Shown: positions 15,026 to 34,702, counted from the stretch's first letter. The stretch: DNA of 64,000 nt from the human T2T-CHM13v2.0 reference genome, Homo sapiens (GCF_009914755.1 NC_060934.1), one strand, 5' to 3'. Numbers and translations: made by a program. The notes: generated by a model from the sequence alone, not told the origin.

Positions 15026-17106
15026 TATTTTAAATATTAAACTATGTTTTTAAAGACATGCTGATAAAATCAAAGACCAACTACCAGTTTATCCTTCAGC
15101 TGTTAAGTTTCAAAATGCTCCCACAGAATATTTAGAGATGCATTTCATTCTCCCCTTCAGTAAGACCCAGAACTAAGAGTTTCAGGTAACTGCACTCATC
15201 TCAAAATGGCATGCCTAGAGCAAACTGTCCTGATCATACCTCAGGAGTGGACACCCAGAATGAACCTGAGGAAAGGGCAGGCAAGACAAACCAAAACTGC
15301 GGTGCTGAATAATGAATGCTTTTCTAAGTACAGAAGTACACACCACTGCTAGAATAAGAGTTTGCCAGAAAAAAGAACAGATTAAACTTGCAATTCAACT
15401 ATTTCTCTTGGAAAAATTCAAAGGTAAACAAATAAGCAAAAGGTAAAGAATATTTTCACTATGTTATACAAAATTCTCTCCCCTTCAGGTCTTAGCAATC
15501 ACCATTTCTGAGAAAAATAGAGAGCTCATATTGATCTCCATTTTCCATCCCGTGCATTTGTTCACAACCAAGCAACGAGTTTAGAAAAGGTGACAGTGCA
15601 TCAATGGCTTCAAGCAAAGTGCTGCTTGGTTTTAGGAAGAAATGAGTTTTTAACTACCATTTACCAAGTTATTCAGAAAAATGATTTTAAAAATTAATAG
15701 TAAAGATTTCAGGATTAATGGACTTCAAACACAAACATTTCCTGTCTCCCAAATAAACAAATAGTATAATTTTAAATAGAGTTAATGATTTCTCCTCTCT
15801 TGGTGAGGAGAAATGCCTAAAAACTCATTATTTGGAGAAATCAGGAGATGTAAATCTTACTGTCAAGCAATCGGCTCAACAAAATAAGAGGCTGGTTACT
15901 GTGAACCAAGATATTTCAAAAAGTTCCTGACCAAATTTGTTTCCTTTAATTTTATTTTGATAAATCTAAAATTTACCCTTTAGATTTGGCCTAGAGTACT
16001 TCAATGTGATAAATTATTAAACACCAACATATACAATTTAACTTGCCACAAGACGTATTTTGATCTCAAATAAAAATCTTAACTTTCACAGCAGAGATTG
16101 ACTTTTCAATAGGGGGCAAAGCACAGAATTTCCATGCTCTCCCCGTTGATATGCTAATGGAGAAGAAAGTCACTGGGAGAAGCCAGGACAAAAAGCTGAG
16201 GACTCAGGGGTCTGATTTTGGTTCCAAGGGACTTGTTATAGCTTACAAAGTTAGATACCTTTGAACAAAAATTTCTCATTAAATAAAATATGGAAACTCT
16301 CATATGCACGAGGGGAAGAGGATTAAATGGCCCACACCCAAAGGCTACCTACTACCTATTATTGATTATGAACTACATATTGAATTCAAAAAGCATATAA
16401 TTAAGCACCATGCAAACCAGGGACACAAAGAGGATCTCCCTTTAAGGAGACTATAATCCAGTGGCAAGAGATATATAATGACAAGAATTACAAAACAATG
16501 ATTTGAGTGCTTCAAGAGGGATGAACCTTGCCTGGGAGGCAGGGAAGGCTTCACAGGGGAAGTAACAGACAGGCATACCTAGGAGGTAGGGAGAGAATTT
16601 ACTAAGTAAGGAGAGAAAGGAAAAAGAACAAACATGGAATATGATCAAGCAAATAACTTCCAACAGAAACAAGAAGATATGTTTTAAAATATATTTCCCC
16701 TGCCCAATAGTAAAACTTATTTCAGGCACAATGCATTACTGAGGTAAAATTAAAGTTACATAAAATTGAAAACATCACACTGGAAAACATTTCATGGGTC
16801 TCAACTGAAGGTGGCATAGTCCAAGAAGGCATTTGGACATGTATGCGTTGTTTTCTGGTTGCCCCAGTGACCCTATTTGTGGTTTTTGGGGTGTCCTAAT
16901 GACATACTGCAATGCATGGGACCATTATACACATTCAGAAATTGTTCCACCCAAATGTCCATAGGGCCCCTGTGGAGTAAAATGCTAGCAGAACCCTGGC
17001 TAGCAGCCATGCAGCAAGAGGCGTTGGCCCTAGAAATAAAAGACAAAGGCAAATTCAAGCACGGTTGTGAGAAACACAGGAATAAAATTATGAACAAAAC
17101 AAACCC

Positions 17107-17925
<819 letters not shown>

Positions 17926-17965
17926 GTACTCCAAACAAAATAAAATACAGGATTCTTTATTTTTA

Positions 17966-18407
<442 letters not shown>

Positions 18408-18704
18408 TCATTTGTTGTAGAATTTGGGGGAGGGTGAGGAAGGAGTGGGTCGTATTAAGCCATTTTGAAAATACGCTATTCCAAATCCACTAGTATGTTT
18501 TGAAATAATGAATACTTTTTTAAGTTAGAGGTTATTTAAACAAAGAGAGAAAAAAGTCAAAGTAAACAAGCTTCAACAGTGTAAACAGAAGCTGAGGAAT
18601 GGAATGCTGCATTTTTAATGTCCTTTTGTAGTACTCTCTACCCTCTAACCTTTTCCTTAATACAGCAAAATTACTATACTCTTTGGCAAAAACTGTTTCC
18701 CATT

Positions 18705-18719
18705 TCTTCTCTTCTCTTC

Positions 18720-18753
<34 letters not shown>

Positions 18754-18776
18754 GTCTCTCTCTCTCTCTCTGTGTG
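18705..18776 (+). repeat. (CT)n microsatellite, about 80 nt downstream of the exon 8 donor
   Basis: Direct reading. Confidence 0.95.
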
Positions 18777-18807
18777 ACCCTGGCCATTCGAGTTTAAGGG
18801 AAATTCA

Positions 18808-18999
<192 letters not shown>

Positions 19000-20698
19000 C
19001 TAATGAATATGTTTGTTATGAAATTAAATTACATATCTGCTTTTCATGGAACCCCATAAAGTGGCACCCTATCAGCATCACCAAACACATGTACAAATGC
19101 ATCAACAGGTGTATACAAATAAACTTCCAAATTCATTTCCAAATGTATATTTGGCATTAAGGCAATTCACCTTAATGCCCTCTGAAAAAAAATGTAAGTA
19201 TCCCAAATATCAAATATCCCTCACACAACATTCACAATAAAGTAAAAACACTTGCAAATGGAAAACAGTACATTCTGCCCTTGGTTGTATCAACTAGAAA
19301 CTGCTAGACACCAAGGACTTTCTGAGAAGCCCCCAAGGACCCATCTAGTTTCAATGGTCTACAATTGAAGAAATCTCCATAAAAGCCACATTAATGACTT
19401 CAGAGCATACTCTATGGGTCAAATCTAATCTGTTGGGTAATAAACAATGAGGTTTCTGATGGTCTTAGAATTTCTCTTTTCCAGACACCCTTGGGAAGTG
19501 AAAACCACAATTCCCATATAAAAATTTGAAGCACAACAAAGATGCCATGCATGGTCCATTTTTGTCTTTTATAAAATTTCCCCTCTCTATAACACCTTTT
19601 AATCTAATGTCTTTCTAAACATCAGGGTATTTCTTTAAAAGTACTGGAAATGACAACACTCTTAATTTAGAGATACTACATATACAGTCAGGACTGAAGT
19701 AAATACTTTATCTACTTGAAATCACATTTTAACTAGAAGAGGCCTCAGTTATAATCTGGTCTGAGCTTGTCACTATTACAGAGAAAACTGAGGCCAAGGA
19801 GGTTACCTGATCATCCTACATTGAGGTCAATTAAAACCAAATCAGAACAAGAACCTAAGTGTTCTGGCCTCTATGCCACAGCTCTTCCTACTTCCCTATG
19901 TGACCAATGTTTGGAATCGATGAAGAAACAGACTCTTGACAAAAATCAGGAACTAAACTGAAATAAAGGTAAAACCATTTGTTTATCTGCAGCTGGACAG
20001 GGTATGTGTGTAAATAGAAAAAGTAACAAAGAATATTTGCCCTGATTTTGCCAGTAAATTCTAACACTAAGAATTTTCTTTACACCAAAACTCTAAAACC
20101 CAACCTATGTTTACTTCTCTTTTAAAATTAAGATAATGAGTAAACACATTCAGAATGAAGAGAAGGATATTTGTAATTCAGAGAGTTGGAAATTCAATTA
20201 GTCATAAGCATACAGAAAATTAAACAAAAGACAATTATTAATTCTGGAGAAAACAAAAAGTTGCTTAAGAGAGGAAAAGCAATCACAGCCCATATATGAA
20301 TAGTGTTTATACTATCCAACTGAAAAAAAACTACTGATGTAATTGAAATGAGTATGAAAACTATAGTGAGAAAATGCGGAGGTAGAAATGATGTTTGCAT
20401 TCATGGTAGTGGAGAAAGTGAGAATAAGAGCTAAATCCTAATCTTCTAAAGTGGGACTTGTTTTAAAAAGACTTTAGAGTAGTCAAATGACTGCCTCTTT
20501 ATAATCTGCCTCTTTAACTCTGTTAAAAATAAAAAAACTAAATTTTTAAAAAATCATATATTCATAGATGACATTCTACTATTTTACAGGTATGCACTAA
20601 AGATACTGGCTTCTCTATATCTGAAATGTATGAAAATGTATAAAATATATTAATGCATTTGTTTAAAATATTCAAACTCTTCCTGTTTATAATTTATC

Positions 20699-20848
20699 TT
20701 TTTTTTTTTTTTTAATAGAAACAGGGTCTTGCTCTGTTGCCCAGGCTGGAGTGCTGTGGCATGACCATAGCTCACTGTAACCTTGAACTCCTGGGCTCAA
20801 AAAATCTCTTCCTGCCTCAGCCTCCTGAGCAGCTAGGACTATACAGGC
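20699..20848 (-). mobile_element. Alu monomer (FLAM/AluJ-like)
   Basis: Poly(T) followed by a reverse Alu monomer. Confidence 0.8.
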
Positions 20849-20854
20849 CTTTTT

Positions 20855-23310
20855 GCTTTTTAAAACTATGTATTCTGAAATAATTATAGATTTACAGGAC
20901 GTTATAGTACAGTATACCTCTCACCCAGTTTCTCTCAATGGTTACATTTCACATTACTATAACATACTAAAAACCAGGAATACCAGTACAATGTGTATCA
21001 TTCTATGCCATTTTATCACACGTACATTTCTGTAATCGCCACCAAAATCAAGATGCAGAACCATTCCACTACAATAAAGATCTCATGCTACCCATTTATA
21101 GTCACACTCAGCTTCCTTCCTCTCGCTATTCCTAACACCCACTAATTTGTTTTTCAGCTGAAAAATTTTGCCATGTTACCTACATGGAAACATACAAGTC
21201 TTTTGAAATTGACTTTTTTTACATGGCTTAATGCCCTTAAAAGGCATTCAAGTTATTGCAAGTATCAATAGTTCACTCCTCCTCATTACTAAGTAGAATT
21301 CCATGGTATGAATATAATATTATATAATATTCCATGGTTTGTTTAGCAATTTCACCTACTGAGAGGCACTTTGGTTGTTTTCAGTTTTGTACTATTATAA
21401 ATAAAGCTATCTTTAGTCTCAACCTATCTATATTGTTGTCTGAAATCACTTCCTGTAAACAGCACAGTGTGTCATTTTTAAAATTCACTCTGCACATCTG
21501 TCTTTTAATAGATGAATTTAGGTCATTTATGTTTAATGTAGTCTTTGATATGTTGAAACTTAAATCTGTTATTTCATTTTCTTTCTTTTATCTGTTTTCT
21601 TTTCCCTTCCTCCTTATGGGTTACTTGAACATAGTTTAAAATTCCATTTTTGTTTATCTAAAATGTTTCTGACTGCATCTCTTTGAATAGATTTTTTTTT
21701 AAAGTAGCTGCTGAAGGACTGCATTACATATAACTTACCAACATTTACTGGTGTCAACATTTCACCAGTTCCAGTGAAGTGTAGACTTTACCTTCCTTTA
21801 AATTCCTTTACCCTTCTCCATTTATAATCTTCAATATTTCCTCTACATACATTGATAACTATACTATTTTACAATATTTGAAAACAGTGAAAAAAGTCAA
21901 ACATAATTTACAACACTCAAAAAAGTTTTTAAAAAGTCTATTACATTTACTATATTTTTACTCTTTGTTGTTCTTTCTTCTTTCCTGATGTTCCATGATT
22001 CCTTTTTTTTATAATTTCTTTTCTGTTTCAGGAAATTTCTTTAGACATTACTTTATGTTAGGTTCACTGATGTCAAGTTCTGTTTTCCTTCACCTGAGAA
22101 CATTGTGGTTTCCTCTTCCTTTCTGAAGAACATCTTAATTAGATATGGAATTCTGGGTTGACAATTCTTTCCTTAGTCCTCAAAATTTTGTGTCACTTCT
22201 TTCTGGTCTCCATGTTTGCTGCTGAGAGATCCGTTGTCATTCAAACTGTTTTCTGTATAGGCATTGTGTCATTTCTCTCTTGATGCTTTCAAGATTTTTT
22301 CTTTGCCTTTGGTTTTAAGAAATGTAATTATAGTATGTCTTGGTATGAATTTCTTTGGGTTTATCCTACTTAAGTTTTGGTCAGCTTCTTGAATCTGTAG
22401 ATTTATGACTTTTGTCAAATTTTGGAAGTTTTCAGCCATTATTTCTTTGAATATTTTTTCAGTCCCACCCTCTTTCCCCTCCCTTTCTGTCCACACAAAG
22501 ACACAAATGTTATATCTAAACTCTGGGTTTTGTTTTTTCATCTATTTTCTCACTGCTGTTCAGACTGAGTAATTTCTCTTAATTTCTTCCAAGTTCACTG
22601 ATTCTTTCCTCTATCATCTCCATTCTCCATTAAACCTGTCTATTCCATTTTAAAAATTCAGTTATTATATTTTTCAGTTCTAAAATTTCCATTTGGTTTC
22701 TCTGGATAGTTTTTTTTTTTTTTCTTTGCTGGGACTTTCTGTTTTTTTCATTTGTTTCAAGTATGTTTATAATTGCTCAGCCTTCTTGTGATGGCTACTT
22801 TAAAATAATTGTCAGACAATTCACATCTGTATTCTCCTGGTGTCTATTGATGTTCATTTTTCATTTCAGTTGAGATTTTCCTGATTCTTTTCTGGTCATG
22901 AGGGACATTTTGTTGAAATTTGGATATTTGGGGTATTATAAATCTTTAGATCTTATTTAAATCTTCAGCCAGAGCAGGCTTTCTGTGATACTGTGCCAGC
23001 AGGGGAATGGGATAGCTACTTCATTACCAGCAATTGAGGGTAAAAATTCATGTTCCCCAGTCAGCCTTTAGTACCCAAAGTGGAAAGTGAGAGAGGTACC
23101 TTGATAGTGCTGGGTTGGGGTGAGAGTTCAAGCTCCCCACTAGGTCTTTACTGATACCACTTTGGTGCCATGTACTCTCCTAGGGTCCCATAGTCCCTGC
23201 TGGTCAGTGGTCTTCTACCTTTCAGAGTCTTATGTTTGTTTTACATACAAGGTCCCCTGTTTTTCACTGTAATTAGTGGGAAGGACAGAGAGAAGTGCCT
23301 ATTCAACCAT
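20855..23310 (-). mobile_element. Old L1 (L1M) fragments including an ORF1 remnant
   Basis: ORF 22269-22541(-) EKIFKEIMAENFQNL...LQIQEA...RINPKKFIPRHTII...KEKILKASREK is L1 ORF1p-like. Confidence 0.85.
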
Positions 23311-24683
23311 GTTAAACCTAAAGATATTAAACCTTAAGTGTCTTAACAGGCTGACACGTCTCCTTTGGGTATCCATCTTTGTCTTTTAAAACTGACATGA
23401 GTGGCTACTGCAGCGCTCTGCTGACAAGCTTTACAATGTTGCTTATTTATCTGATGAAGCATTATTGCACTGTACTTCTTCACAACTGTCAACACTCCAG
23501 ACCTATGTCTAATGCTGCTTTGGAAACACAAAAAGGGAACCTAAAAATGTCATTTAAGAACATAAGTGACTAAACTACTGTTTGAGATGGAATGCATAAT
23601 CTAAAATATCACCATGACCTTATAACCTGTACAACGCAAACTGGGATGCAAGTAGGGAAAAGTTATTTAAGATGTACGTCATTTCTTAACTTCACGAAAA
23701 GCAAGAGCCATTGGTCAAATCTTCCATAACAATTAAAGAAAAATAAACATGTATTACTTATTATGATGATAATGATGATTATAAGGGAGGTAAGCATTTA
23801 CATGATGGTAAAAAAAGAAAGTTGTATTAAATTCTCCCACAAGTAAAACCCTGCCCTCTACTGGATAGTCTGCATAGATAATTACACACAGCAAGTGTTT
23901 TGATCTGTGCGTGTGCGCGTGTGTGTGTAGCAACTTTTTATTCTAGTCCCACAAATTGGCTGTATATATATGTAATATATATTATACATATATTTCAGTC
24001 AGGATTGATACAATAAATTTCAAAATTATACTGCTATTTTGCCTATCTCCTTTCCTTAGATTATAGATCTGTTCATTCATTCGATTGGCTGATAAACAAA
24101 TACCTGAGGAACTATTATGTGTCAGGAATTGTGCCAGAAGATGACAGAAGAGTAAACAGTTAACAGACGTGGTCACTGACCTCATGAATCTCATGGCACA
24201 AAGCCCTATCCTCTCCCTGTGACCCCCAACACATCAGCCCTAACCTAGGAGGGCAGTAATAACTGCAACCACATCATAGTGACTGTGGACAGGCTATTTT
24301 TTTTTCTTCTCTCCACAAATAGAAACAAGCTACTAAAATAAAGGAACTAAATCTGCCAAACATCAAAACATTATAAATATTTAAATATCTACAAACATCC
24401 AAATAGAAAAGAGATATTTACTTATTTCTTCTTTCTTTGAATATCTGATTAACTACATACATCTGTTAAATGTGCTCTAATATTTATGAAAGACATATTT
24501 ATACATGACTAAGTACTATACCTGACATATGGAAAGTATTAAATATTGACTACTGAACTTTGAATTAATAAGTGAAATCTGTAGCTTGCAACATGAGAAG
24601 ACCAGTGTTATTTCAATAAAAGAAAATATTTCCATAGATCTTTTTCAAACAGTTTAGGGCAAACAGCTTTAAAAAAGTAATCA

Positions 24684-25006
<323 letters not shown>

Positions 25007-25204
25007 TCACAAATCAATGAATACAAGAAATAGCACAAGCTGCTCCATTTTCTCTATTGGTCTAAACCTAGTTAGATACTAATAAAATTGTGAAAAGTTA
25101 CTAACAATCCTCTTTAATAAAAAAAATCAAAATCTATATGAAACGTCTAGGATGTGAAATTTTAGACAATTTTTCAATAAGAAGTACACCACTCCAAAAC
25201 CTAA

Positions 25205-25554
<350 letters not shown>

Positions 25555-27149
25555 TGTAATACTGAAGATGGGTGATGGAAACAGGGAGGTTCATTACCCC
25601 ATTTTATTTTTGTATATGTCTGAAATGCTTCTTTAAAAAAAAATTTCCTGGCCGGGCGTGGTGGCTCACACCTGCAATCCCAGCACTTTGGGAGGCTGAG
25701 GTGGGTGGATCAACTATGTTCCTAATAGTAACATAACCAATATTTATACCTAAGTTTCTTTTTCCTCATACATAGGTGCATTTATCAGTTGAAATTATGT
25801 TGCTCAATTTCGTATTTTTTCTCACCAAATATGACAAAAAAGGCATTTTTTACATCACTAAAGGCAAAATGTTTTTTAAAATGTCATGTATTTTCACTGA
25901 AGAAAATTAATGTAAACAAAAAGAAAAGAAATATTACCCACAAGCCCACTGCCAAGATATCCTCTTCTCAGATATAAACAGATGCATATTTCCTCCCCAA
26001 ACTTCTTCTGAGAACTTAGGTGTGTGTGCATATAAACACACAGTTTTGTGTTACCTTAATTTTTAAAATATTATATTTTTCTACAACTTGTTTTTGCCTT
26101 AAGAGAAAGCCTAAAAAGTCTTTCTGTATTATACAATGACAAATGCTACACAGTATTCCAAAGTAGAGAAGTACAATAATTTTTGTAATCATTCCCCTTT
26201 GAGAACCATTTTTCCCAACATTTTTAAAAATTTCAAAAATATGGTGAAGTTAAAATAACTGTACACTGAATACCCAAATACTATTTGGTTTCTATGATTA
26301 ACATTTTATATTGGCTTTTGTCATGTTGTCATCAGTCCATTCTTCTGACCACATATCAATGCATTTTTTAATGCGTTTTGAGGTAAGTTGCAAGCATTCC
26401 ACCCCATCACTTCAGTTTGCAGATCAGCAACTAGAGTTCACGCCAGGCACGGTGGCTCACCCCTGTGATCCCAGCACTTTAGGAGGCCAAGCCAAGTGGA
26501 TCACTTGAGGTCAGGAGTTCAAGACCAGCCTGGGCAAGATGGTGAAACCCTATCTCTACTAAAAATACAAAAATTATTTTATGGTATGAATACATCCACA
26601 ATTTGTTTATTCATTCTCTTGTTGATAGATACCTGGGCTGTCCCCAGGTTTTGGCTATTATAAGTAAAACTGCTATAAACATTCTTCTACAAATCTTTTT
26701 GTGTGCATATATTTTCATATCTCATAGGTAGGTAGAGAAAGAAATGAAATTAATGGGTAATAGGGTAAGTATATGTTCAGTTTTCTAAAAAACAGCCAGA
26801 CCCTTTTCCAACATTGTAGTACATTTTAAACTCCCAACAACAAAGTATGAGAGTTGCAACTGCTCCATATCGCTACCTACATTTGATCTTTTAGTCTTTC
26901 TAGTGCCTGCAGGCTAATATCTTATTCTAGTTATAACTGGCATTTCTCCAGTGACAAATAATATCAAGCATTTTTTAATGTGCTTATTGGCAATTTGTAT
27001 ACCTTCCTTTGTGAAATCCTTTCAAACTCTTGCTCATTTTCTAGCGAGGTTGGCTGTCTTTTTATTTTTCAATTGTAGTTCTTTATATATTCTGGATACA
27101 TGTCCCTTGTCAGATAAACATTTTGCAAATATTTCGCCGTCTTTTAAAA

Positions 27150-27991
<842 letters not shown>

Positions 27992-28397
27992 TAGCTTGCC
28001 TATTTTCCTAATGTCTTTTCGTCACAAGTATTTATAAGTTTTTTTCTTTTATAGCTAAGGTTTCCCATTAGCTATAAAAGCTGTAGGTCCTAGGAAATCT
28101 TTGTCGACTCCCAAGCTACAAAGATGTTTTCCTCTAGAAGCTTTATAGTTTTTGCTTTTTCAGTTAGAATTTAGAATTATTTTCTATGTATAGTATGTGG
28201 GAAGGGGCAATTTTTTTTTTAAGCCCACATGGAAATCCAGTTTCGCCAACACCATTTGTTGAAAAGACACTTCTTTTCCCTTGTTGTATTGCTTTGGCAC
28301 TTTTGTTGAAAACCAAATGACTGTATAAACATGGGTCTGTTTCTGGGTTTACTACTTCGTTCCACTGATCAATTTGATTGTTATGTCAGTATCATAT

Positions 28398-28843
28398 TGT
28401 ATTCATTTCCTTGAGCTGCTGTGACAAAGAACCACAAACCAGGCAGCTTAAAACAACAAAAATGTATTATCTCACAGTTCTGGAGTCTAGAAATCTGAAA
28501 CCAGTTGTTGGTAGTATCACGCTCCCTATGAAGGCTCTAAGGCTCTTCCTGGTCTCTTCCTAGCTTCTGGTGGCTTCTAGCAATCCTTGGGGTTCCTTGG
28601 CATGCAGATACATCAGTCCAATCTCTAACTCCATCATCATATAAGCGTTTTCCCTCAGTGTCTTTGTCTCTGTGTCCTTTCCTTCTCTCATAAGGACACC
28701 AGTCATTGATTTAGGGTACACCATAATCCAGTGTGGCCTCATCTTAACTAGTTACATCTGCAAAGACTGTATTTCCAGATAAAGCCACATCCTGAGAGTC
28801 CAGGTGAACATTAATTTGGGGGGACATTATTCAACTCACCACA
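28398..28843 (-). mobile_element. MaLR solo LTR (MLT1C-like) inserted in L1
   Basis: TG...CA ends, 5-bp TSD catat/catac, cttaaaacaac...ctcacagttctggag motif. Confidence 0.8.
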
Positions 28844-28899
28844 CATACTGTCTTGTTTACTGTAGTCTTATTGTAAGTATCCAAAGCAATTCACGTTAG

Positions 28900-29478
<579 letters not shown>

Positions 29479-29883
29479 TAAATTTATTTCTAAGTATTTT
29501 ATGGTTTTTTAAAGCTATTTTTAATGAAATTTTTAAAATTTCATTTATGGCAAGTATATAAAAATATAATGATTTTTGTATACTGACCTTATGTCTTGCT
29601 AAATAAATTAGTTCTAATAGTTATTTTTTAGGTTTCTTGGGTTTTTCTGCATAAACAAACACCGTCAACTACAAACAGAAACAGTTTTACTTCTTCCTTT
29701 CTGATTTTCAAACATTTTATTTCTTTTTCTTGCCTTACTGCATTGGCTAGGATTTCTAGTACAATGTTAATAAGAATGAAGAGCATGGGTGTTCTTGCTT
29801 TTCCCCCAATCTTTGGGAAGAGTATTTCATATTTCACCATGAAGCATGATTTTAGTAGTAGGTTTTTCACAGATACTCTTTAA

Positions 29884-30243
<360 letters not shown>

Positions 30244-31352
30244 TGAATGGTTACTAAATTTTGTCAGGTGCTTATTCTGCATTTATCACAATAATCATAC
30301 AGCTTTTAAAATATAAATCCAATCCTGCATTTCTGAGATGAACTCTGCTTAGTAATCATGTATTATCCTTTTTACATATTTCTAGATTTCATTTGCTAAT
30401 ATTTTATAAAATCTTTGTCACATACTAGTATCGGAGGTATATATATATGGCTTTATAAATGAGTTGGAAAGTGCTCCCTCCTCCTCTCTTATTTGAGTTT
30501 CTGTGAACTTAGTATTATATCTTCCTTAAATGTTTCGGAGAACTGACAGTGAAAACATCTTGGTCCACATAGTAACCAATGTTTAATTAGGCATATTTTA
30601 CTAGGTATTAATCCTTTGTCTCACATATGTTAAAATAGTCTCCCCTGTCTGTCATGAAACCACTAGTTTTATTATTTTTTAATATCTAGAATATAGCATA
30701 CTTGAGCCCCTTTTTCAGTTTTATCTTTATCCTTTCTGTTGCTTGTTTGCTACTGTCCAGTGATACTTAACTATTTGCACCTCCTGACTTCATTTGTACC
30801 ATACTGACTTCATTAAATACTATGATCAAATCACAACCTTTTGAACCTATTTTCTTACTTATAAAATGAAAATATCTTGCAGAGATGTGGTCAGAATTAT
30901 AAGCTTTTCAACAAATAACAGCTAGTATTATGATGATGATGATGCATTATTTTACCCTCTGCCTTGTTTAACATTTTACTACCATTAAACCACGAACTAT
31001 GCTTCAGGACTCAGTTCCCATCTCCCTGGGAAGCCTTCACTGATTGCCTGACTGCCCCTTACTCTATGACTCTAGAGCCAAATGTACATACTTGTATTAG
31101 AACACTTACTGCGGTTATTACAATTATTTATCTGCATTTCCTGTCCTCTGATCTGTGAAACACACAAAAAAATTTAAACATCTTGTGGCCCCCCAGTACT
31201 AAGCATAGTATTTAGTGCTCATTATTTGCTGAATAGAGTTGATAAAACCAAAAACATTGCATTTTATCTTCAAAGTATCCTTGCAAGATAGAAAGGATAA
31301 GGGCATCTAGAGAGACTAAAGCTCCAAGAAATAAGCAATTTGTCCACATTCA

Positions 31353-31664
<312 letters not shown>

Positions 31665-34600
31665 CTAGATGCCAGAGCTTTTCTTCCCAGGTTCACAAGG
31701 AAGGATATAAAAGAAATACTGGCCAAGAAACTGGAAGACTAGTTATAGGCCTAGATGTGCATTTACTCTTGTATTAACCACAGAAAAATCCCTAAATTCT
31801 TTATTTCCTCATCCATAGTAAGGATAATTCTACTATAACTTTAACTTACAGAGTTACGAAAGCTTTCAGATATAATAGTGTTTTATGAATTCTAAAGCTC
31901 CATATAAAAAGTATTAATGTCTAATGGGCCAGTAATTCACAAACTTTCTGGAGCCTCCTTCTTCTTTGATCACCCCCATATCAATTAACTGCCAAGTCCT
32001 ATATTGATTGATCCAGCAGGATCTCACATATTTATTACCTCATCTTAATCACTACTAAACTACCCTCAGCCCTCATCCAGTCTCATTAAGATTACTACAA
32101 TAATCTAACTGCTGCCCTGCTGATAGCCCACCTTCAGTTTCTGCCCAAGTAGACTATGATGTGCTTCTGCTCCACTTCAAAGCTTTCAATGGCTTTCTGC
32201 TGCCTTTTCAATACAGAACAAATCCCTTGAACTAACAGTCAAGCTCCCTTACCCTAGATTCTTATCTAGTCTCATTCAGCACATATATATAACATACACA
32301 CACACACAAACTCTACCTTCTGTGCAGCCTACATACTAGAAACTCAGAAATTCATTTTTCTATAGCATCTGTTTGTGCTGCTACAGATACGATCCTGGAA
32401 TATCTTTCCTTCTTAACTCCAAAACTTATCCAACCTTTTGATCTTGCTCAAACAATAGTTTGCTTCAAGTCTATCCAAATTTACTCTCCAGCTAAAAAGT
32501 AATTCTCCCTCTTGTAATTTATTTGAACTTTTTTTCACAAGACACTTAAGACTTTCTGCTTTCTGTTGTTATTTATGAACGTGCATTCTAGCCCTTACTA
32601 GAAGCTCCTTTAAGACAAGATTTATGATTGATTCACCATTCCTACAACAGTGGTGTTCATATGTAAAACCGTCAATAAAAATATGTTAAATTAACTGACA
32701 CTTTCTATCTGGATTAGCTGATTTTACAAAGCTCATCCTCCTCCTCTCCATTGCCTTTCAGAATCTCTATTACTCAGCAAAAATATCATAGTTTTCTTTT
32801 GTGTAAGTTGATTAAACTGTCTATAGGCTAAGCTTTCCATACTGGAACTACCTCTAAGTTTTCCCAAGTCTAAAGCACAAGCTCACATTTCAAAAATTAA
32901 AAGTACAAAAACATTAAATGTTAGAGGAAAAACAATCATACTACTAAATTACGTAAGGGTAAAAAAATCAACTGGAGAAGGTGAAAATTTCTAACATTTA
33001 TCTGTGCACAACTCAGGCTGACACTTTGAAGAGCAGAATGTGACAGCTTACAAGAAAACAAACTCACTCATTCCCCTTAATTTCTGAAGGCTCATGAAAG
33101 TCTGACAGGCCAGCCACAGGGTGATCTCTCATGTGTATCGCCCATGACAATTATGGCTTCAATAAAAATGGTCTCCATTTTTAATAAACTCCAACCGGTT
33201 TTCAGGAAATAGCCAGGTTAACATGGTCATATTTAAGAAGGCATATTTCACCAATTAGCAGCTAACTTATTTAGTTCATGGACCTAAATAAGACTGTGCA
33301 TGGAGAGGTACAAAATCAGTGTGGTAGCAGAGGGCAAGGTGGTGTGAAAGGCTGAGTCCAGGGGTCAGCTGTGGTGACACATACAAATGGCTGTGCTGAG
33401 GATCACCTTGCCCCTCTACTTTCTTTTGGTTTGATTTGGTTTTCCTCTTTAAACAGCTATTAAGAGTCTTCCTATGAATTTTCAAAGTGTTTATGACTCA
33501 AATCTGGGAAATACTGATAAAAATCACAGCTCATTATAAGCATTTAAAATGATTTGCCCTAACGATAGATAAATGAAATATACCGAGTTTTTAAAGTACT
33601 CTGTAATTCACACTGGAAATAACCTGCAGTTGTCCTTATATTAATTTGACAGTTGCTTAATATGAAATAATCGGGCTGCTATACAGACACTTTGTTTCCT
33701 CCCCATCAAGGATTGCCAGCAGAAGGGGGAAAAGAGGAAAAGAAGTGCTAAGCAATGAAACCTCCTTTCATTTTTAGTCTCCACTCCTATGGCCCAGCTC
33801 TTATCAGCTAGTGCAGGACGAAGGAGGAGGAATGAAGGGAGAAAGAGTCCTCCTGCCAATTCTCACCACAACCCTACTTCCAATCTCTCCTAAGCACTGC
33901 TGTGTTTCTAGTGACAGAACTCTGCATTAGTTTTTCACTTCAGAAAACAAGCCATCAGAGGTTTAAAATTCACAGACTTTCTGGATGTGGTGGAAATTTC
34001 CCCATCATGACTCCTAATTCCAAATAATTAACAACTAGTCTGGGAACACAATCAGTTTAGGAAGAAGATCTTCATCCAATTCTTGAAACAAAATATGCCT
34101 CTAATCAAAAACAGTCACACTATTTTCCTACACAAACTTCATTAAACATGAAGAATAGAATTGTGTAGGTTTATAAAACATGAAGGAAGTTCTTCTTTAA
34201 ACAATATTTATTGCACAATCATATCTATTTTCATGCTAATAATAAACAGCAGAATTCTTACTTTAGAAAAGACAAAACGTAATAATACACCCTCATTATC
34301 CTATGCCTCCAAAGAATTTACTTCTCAGTACTATTATGGTAAATGATTATTCCTTAGGAAATAAACCCACACTGGCACAAGACGCTCTGACATGTCTTTC
34401 CTATTTCTCACTTCTATTACTGTACGACTACATGGCCATATCCATCAATCACTTTTGTAAACACCACCAAACCACATTGCTATTATGTCCAAGCCAATGG
34501 ATACTTTCAATACCACATAGTCACATTATTATCCATCTTTATAGACAGGCAGTAAAACTCAACATGACAAAATTTCAGAGAAACAGCTAATGGTGATGTA

Positions 34601-34702
34601 AGTTTTCCAGCCCTAGAAGTAAAATGGATGTAATTTGTCCAAGAAATACAGGTGAGCAATAACTTCAATCTTTTATTATAGTTTATACTTTTAAATAATT
34701 AG

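Noticed and set aside
14537-15053. Similar ORFs at 14.5-15 kb and 59 kb suggesting a duplicated gene
   Set aside because: Both lie in MER4-family LTRs; the similarity is repeat homology
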